A stretch of 63,771 nt of DNA, filler included, from Aduncisulcus paluster (taxonomy: Eukaryota): assembly GCA_024181965.1 (NCBI GenBank). It is 9 parts of 9 records of this genome, joined end to end, with 100 filler letters (N's around TTAATTAATTAA, not from the genome) between each part and the next. Parts side by side here need not be neighbours in the genome. Positions count along the whole stretch, not along the records: positions 56,216 to 59,576 come from BQXS01000034.1; positions 59,677 to 62,510 come from BQXS01000036.1; positions 62,611 to 63,771 come from BQXS01000203.1; 6 more parts are not named here. One strand, written 5' to 3'. The first letter of the stretch is position 1. Each line of letters begins with the position of its first letter. Shown here piece after piece: positions 58,303 to 63,771 of this stretch. Under the pieces are notes generated by a model. It saw only the letters and a list, made by a program, of their open reading frames with translations, was not told where the DNA came from and made no database searches. The translations under genes and the position numbers were made by a program.

Positions 58303-58975
58303 CTAGTTACAATTTACTGAATAAACAATGGACACAATGAGTTCTAAAAATAGAACGTGAGAAAATCTAAAAATAGAATATTATAGCACTAGTTATATCT
58401 CGTATATAACAGGTGAATATGAAAGACTGAACCCACAAAATTGTAATTTAAGCTTCATGGTTCAGCATATTATCCGATATTATCACCAAGCTTTGATGAG
58501 ATCATCGACGAACTTCCGAAACCAAAGGAAAATATACTTTCCCAGATCAAAACTGATTTCGAGAAAATAGGAATAATGAAACGAAAGATAGTTGGAATTG
58601 TACAGTATAGTATCGAGAGTGGTATGCTGATCAGATTCATACAAACTCATTTAAAAAGGCAATGAAACTTTTAGTATCTAATTTAAAAATATATTATGGA
58701 GTACTTGCGTTTAATCCGGCAACGAGAGATTCAACCATCAAGATTTTTCCAAGAAAGCTCAAGCATAGTATTAAAGCAGCTAATTTTTCAATATCACAAC
58801 GACAACGTAAGATTTTGAAGGAGTATTGTCAAGATATCAAAAAAAATCCGCAATTAGATATCAGAAAAGTGTTATATGCCGTTATGAGACGGTCAGGAAC
58901 CGGTTAGAAACGAGATTCTCAAGGGATCTATTTATAGAACGTTCAATGTTTATTCATCTTTAATAAATTGCTTAC

Positions 58976-59576
58976 CGCAACAATTTTGATCAAAATTTAG
59001 GTACTATTAGTGTTATGATTGGATCAAAGGACACCCCCAGGCTCACCCGATACGGAAAATACTATTTTAAAGTATTCAAGGATGCCTTCGTGGCATATCG
59101 TGCTCTCGGCGGCGAGGCACACATGTTTGCGCTTGTTGATCCCGATATCCGACAGTTATACGAAGACATACACGACGTAGAACTATTGAACCCCACGGAA
59201 TTAGATTTGGAGGAGATCAAATCAAACGAGAAAGAGTTTATTGACGGAATCGACAAGTCCTTCCCCAAAGCGTCAGCCCTGGACACCCTCTACGAGTTCG
59301 AGAAAGTCAAACTAAAGTTCGTGAACGAGAAAAGCGTGACCGTATACGCCAAGAAGTATCGACAGGTCCTATCAAACCTCGAACAGGGCGAGATCTTAAC
59401 AGAGGACACGATTGCTAAGAAATTCATTGCGCAACAATTTTGATCAAAATTTAGGTACTATTAGTGTTATGATTGGATCAAAGGACACCCCCAGGCTCAC
59501 CCGATACGGAAAATACTATTTTAAAGTATTCAAGGATGCCTTCGTGGCATATCGTGCTCTCGGCGGCGAGGCACAC
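58976..59576 (+). mobile_element. Gag-like fragment (59015-59443) in a tandem duplication with a 454-nt period
   Basis: LYEFEKVKLKFVNEKSVTVYAKKYRQVL…IAKKFIA is reminiscent of retrotransposon gag. 58976-59122 is repeated at 59430-59576. Confidence 0.5.
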
Positions 59577-60817
59577 NNNNNNNNNNNNNNNNNNNNNNNN
59601 NNNNNNNNNNNNNNNNNNNNTTAATTAATTAANNNNNNNNNNNNNNNNNNNNNNNNNNNNNNNNNNNNNNNNNNNNCTTCAACAATTATTTCATAAATAT
59701 TGGAATTTACTTTGCAAGAAATATTTGTTTCAAGAATATCGCCCCCATTCTTCTCATACCAAATGTATTAATAACTCATTCTATTGGTAAAGATCCTGAT
59801 CAATCCTCACATCATTCAAATAATCTTTCATGTTTTGGGGTTGAAATCATTTCCACCTGTTCAATTTCATTCCCTGAAAGAAAGATATGTTCGCCCTTTG
59901 AATCTATTTCGTTCGATACTCAAAAGCTCATTAAAGAAGTTGATCCTGGCTTTGACCCCATGGATATTCCCCAACACTCTTCGCTATTGAAATTATCTTC
60001 TCTTAAACAATTTATCGTTACAATGGATCTGAGAGATACAAGATCCATCATCTCGAAAGCTTATGACTTCATTGAATGTACAAGTGCATGCGTTGAGGTT
60101 CTGTTTGAAGAGGAGACATGTTCATTTGAGGGGTATGATCAGAATGCCTGGGAAAAGAATGTTCAATGCAAATAACTTGGCATGCCATGATACTTCTCTA
60201 TCCCAGCCAAGATGGATCCAAAATATTCCACTTCTGAGACCAAGAGAGATACAGTTGGAAACAATTCAATATACATGAAAATTTCATGAAATTAAGGATA
60301 ATTTACTTATACGGATAAAATTGATTCTTTTCCAAAGGTCTAAAAATCAATTTCAAATTTGAAATTTTCAAACATCCGATTACTTTTTTTTCCCTTTAAA
60401 AAAGGGTCCTTTTAATAATAATCTCATAAGATTTTCTCAAATTGGCTGAGTCCAAGTTGATTAAGGTAACATAACGTTGTAAAGATAAAAACATAAATAA
60501 TATGGATTTCACTGGATTCGATTCCAACAAATCTCTGCATTCGAAGTTTGAAGTTCAAAAGTGCAGACAGTGTTGCCGACGCAAAAATAAATGTAAAATA
60601 ATAATTGTAAAATAATAATTGTAAAATAATAAATACTCGTTGAAAGAGTCAAAACAATATAAGAATAAAAACATAAATTCCAAATCAATCAATCCAAAAG
60701 ATTCAATTCAACAAAAACGCAACTTTCTGGATTTCAGACTTGAAATGAAAGATGTGAATAACATTTAAATTGGTTATAAATAAAGAAAACAGGGAGCAAA
60801 AAACAAGGGAGATAACC

Positions 60818-62510
60818 CTATTTTAGAAGTTCACTCTGACGTCTTCTTACCATCACATCATACTTGCTCTCGATTCTAGCCAAATTAGATTCGCTCTTCT
60901 CAAGGGTTTGAGTAAGTTCCATCAATCGGTGAGACATTACACCGATCTTATCCTGGAGCATCTTGTTCTTCCGTTTGAAATAGACATTGTCACGTTCAAG
61001 GGCAGCCACTCTCGAATCCTTCAATCTCAACAGAATATGCAATCTTCCCTGCTCTGTTGATAACGACTGTGACAGTTTATCCTGATGTTTCACAGCCAAC
61101 TCTGCATCAAGAAGCGATTTAGATTGCACTGATATGGTAGATTCTGCAAGAGACATCCGTAATTTGAACATTTGGTGATTGATGGTTGAACGAATTAGTT
61201 GCATGAGCGTTTTATGCAATTCCGAGGAGAGATTCACAACGCTGTCCAGTGGAGATTTAGAACATTGGAGGATAATCTCATAAGATTCAGAGGTCGCAAA
61301 TAGCAGACAATGAGGATCTAAAGTTATAGATGCCATGATCTTCTCTTCTTCTTCCTCATCTTCCTCCTCCTCATCTTCCTCCTCTTCTTCTTCCTTGCTA
61401 CCTGACTCCAGAGTTCCCTGATGTTCTTCAGAGCCAATTAAGAGATTTGTAAGGTCAATTATCGATGTGATATTCGAAATAATGGTTTGAGACATTTCAT
61501 CAGAGGAGATGATAGAGGGTGCCGATTCACCCTTAAATTCAAGAGAAATGGATAAAATCTGTGAAATATTGAGAGAAAATTCACGGACTTCACGAATAAG
61601 CTCTCCCATTGCATAGAATGGCAATTCCACGAGTGATTTTCTTTTAGAACTACGTTTAATCAAGTGTTTTCCCTTTGATTTCATATCATTCTCAACCTCT
61701 TTCTCTTCACTGTCAACAATATCAACTCTTTCTTCTTGAATCTGTTCCTCTTCCTCTTCCTGTTCCTCTTCCTCCTCCTCTTTTCTCTCTTCTTCTTCTT
61801 CTTCTTCTTCTTCTTCCCCATCGCAGCCCACAACAACCAAGATTCTATGAATGACATCCTCAAGGGCAGACTTATGTTCCATCAGTTCAACATTGTTCGG
61901 ATAAACGTTGGCACATTGCTCGCAAAGGTTAAGAGAAGAGGCCAGCATCAGACTGAGAGAATGAGAGAAGGAAGAAAACAGACGGATTGACCTTGAGATT
62001 GGCGTAATCACATTTGTGAACACACTTTCAAACTCTGATTGATTTGAAGACAATTCGTTGTTTTTCGCAGAAACTTCGTGTTGAAGGGAGAGTTCACGAC
62101 GCTCAAGTTCAGAGATCTTAAGTTTGAGCTGAACAATTTCACTGCTAGCTTCTGAAACTCTTTGCTCAGCTTCTTGAATACGTTTTTGCTCCTCAAGTTT
62201 ACATTGGGCTTTGATCTTCTCGTGAATCTCACGCAAACTCTTTATCGATTCTTCTTTCTCTTTTGAAACTACCTCGGAATGAGCAATAAATTGTGCAATC
62301 TCAGAATCAAAAGTCTTCCCAGCTTCTTTGGATGAAGAACCAATAACATCATCCTTGCTCGAAATATCACCATTCTCACTTGTTCTATTTTTAGAAATTT
62401 GAGAAATTCGAAGAGAATCAACCAATGATTTCAAATGTTTCAATTCTTCATCTTTCTTGTTCATCTCGATCAATAATTCGCTTTGTTGGAGTTCTCCTTT
62501 CTCTTCTTCC
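60818..62510 (-). CDS. 5'-partial coiled-coil protein with poly-Glu tracts
   Basis: Long ORF open to the linker, with heptad repeats at both ends. Confidence 0.75.
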
Positions 62511-63771
62511 NNNNNNNNNNNNNNNNNNNNNNNNNNNNNNNNNNNNNNNNNNNNTTAATTAATTAANNNNNNNNNNNNNNNNNNNNNNNNNNNNNNNNNN
62601 NNNNNNNNNNATTAAGAAGAGGAATTATGGTTGATGAAATAGTTTGAGGCGATGTATGGGCTGTTTTGGCTGATAATAAGCAGAGGAATCGGAATGTTGG
62701 ATTAAAAGCTTCCACAAGCCTTCATCCCTGTGTTGTCTGTAAAACTCTGATCCAAGATGGTAAAGAGACATCAGGTGATGCTAGAGAAGATATGTATGAA
62801 GTTCCCTCAGAGGATAATTCGAAGAAATCACGAATACCGATTCTTCATCTTCCCTCTTCTTCATTCAATCCGATGTTTCTCAGCCGTCTCCCCTAAAAGA
62901 TAGGTCTTCTCGGAGAAAGATTCATTCAGGCTCAAGAAAAGATTATGTGGAACGGTGAATAATACTATTTTACACCTTTATCCACTAATTTAAGATCAAT
63001 TCTCGAGAACAACAGAAATTTTTTCCATCTTTTTTTTTTTTTTTTTTCTTCGCCTTATCTTCCACTTTTAGATCCTCCATCGAAACATGCCCTTATCTCT
63101 TGTTACGGAAAGCTTTAGAAAAGTGCAGAGCCGAACACGCAATTAGTACCCAAATCCTACCCCTTCAAATTCCTCATTACTTGATAGTGTGGTTTCAGAT
63201 AGATCTCCATTATACCCTCTTCTCGAAATAGCTCCTCATTGGGGAGCTTTACTTACACCGCTGTCTCAACGTGGTCGACAGATTACAAAATCGGTTTAAC
63301 ACAAATTAGTTTCTCTCCATTTCAACTGGTTTAAGATACAAAAACTGGGGAACGTCGAAGAAGGCGAATATTCTCTATTATCAGGAGAGGAGAGGTGAAA
63401 TGATAGAGTTACAAAATGTTCTTCCGGTGTGGAGTTTCACATGATGATCTCTACATACTCCAGGTTGGCCGAACTGCTGCGGGCCCTTGTGATGAGTGAT
63501 CTTAAACAAAACCAATGGCAGCATTATCCCTTCTTCGTCGCGTTCAACCCGATAATTCCCTCATTACTCATTTGGGTGGGAAGGTCCTGGAAGGAGAGAC
63601 TCTAGATCATACTGAACTCCTTGAAGTAAGAAAGATATGGGAAGAGAAGGATGGTAGAAATGTATATTTTGTTGCCATCCAGGCATTCATTGATGGGGTA
63701 GCACTCACAGGCAATATCAAGGCCATATCCCTACAATGTTGTGTGGAAAATATTCCAAGAGAACTCAGAAC

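Noticed and set aside
59677-60278. Short ORFs after the linker
   Set aside because: Possibly a gene tail or pseudogene, but interrupted by stops and unidentifiable.
60592-60632. TGTAAAATAATAAT tandem repeat, about 3 copies
   Set aside because: Low-complexity slippage repeat with no spacers, so not CRISPR-like.
22116-62610. Recurring TTAATTAATTAA between N runs as a biological repeat, and gene neighbourhoods across it
   Set aside because: It is an artificial six-frame-stop linker. Adjacency across linkers carries no synteny information.
1-63771. Non-standard genetic code, tRNA/rRNA genes, CRISPR arrays
   Set aside because: TAA, TAG and TGA all terminate conserved genes at expected positions. 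I recognised no RNA gene or repeat-spacer array by eye.

Overview
Gene-dense, AT-rich eukaryotic (protist) DNA using the standard genetic code. It is not one locus: it is about 9 scaffolds joined by artificial N44-TTAATTAATTAA-N44 linkers, and it also has five 20-N gaps whose flanks are duplicated assembly overlaps. The gene style and one lineage-expanded family suggest a free-living fornicate/metamonad such as Aduncisulcus; this is recognition from memory and is not verified. Recognisable genes: AP-3 mu, KATNAL2, METTL5, ERG8-type phosphomevalonate kinase, a UBA-UBX protein, Hub1/UBL5, two SPFH proteins, a CM1 coiled-coil protein, a class I PDE, eIF3c, Rpt2, a BIG-type Sec7 GEF, kinesin-5 and a TTLL6-like glutamylase. 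There are also hAT, non-LTR and Ty3/gypsy relics. I reconstructed nine short introns by hand, all with GTAYGT donors. Most notable observations: (1) perfect palindromes with a 1-nt spacer recur in non-coding DNA, often in chains, and three of them make up a lineage-specific 43-nt GT..AG insertion, a possible hairpin-opening (hAT-like) or fold-back repair scar; (2) a Myb-like + chromodomain + chromoshadow-like (HP1-like) protein; (3) a membrane-anchored protein with a phage-tail-fibre-like HxH motif, plus its pseudogene; (4) a tandem DOC/APC10-like gene flanked by direct repeats; (5) a CM1 gamma-TuRC-activator motif; (6) a PDE with Glu in place of the invariant Gln.
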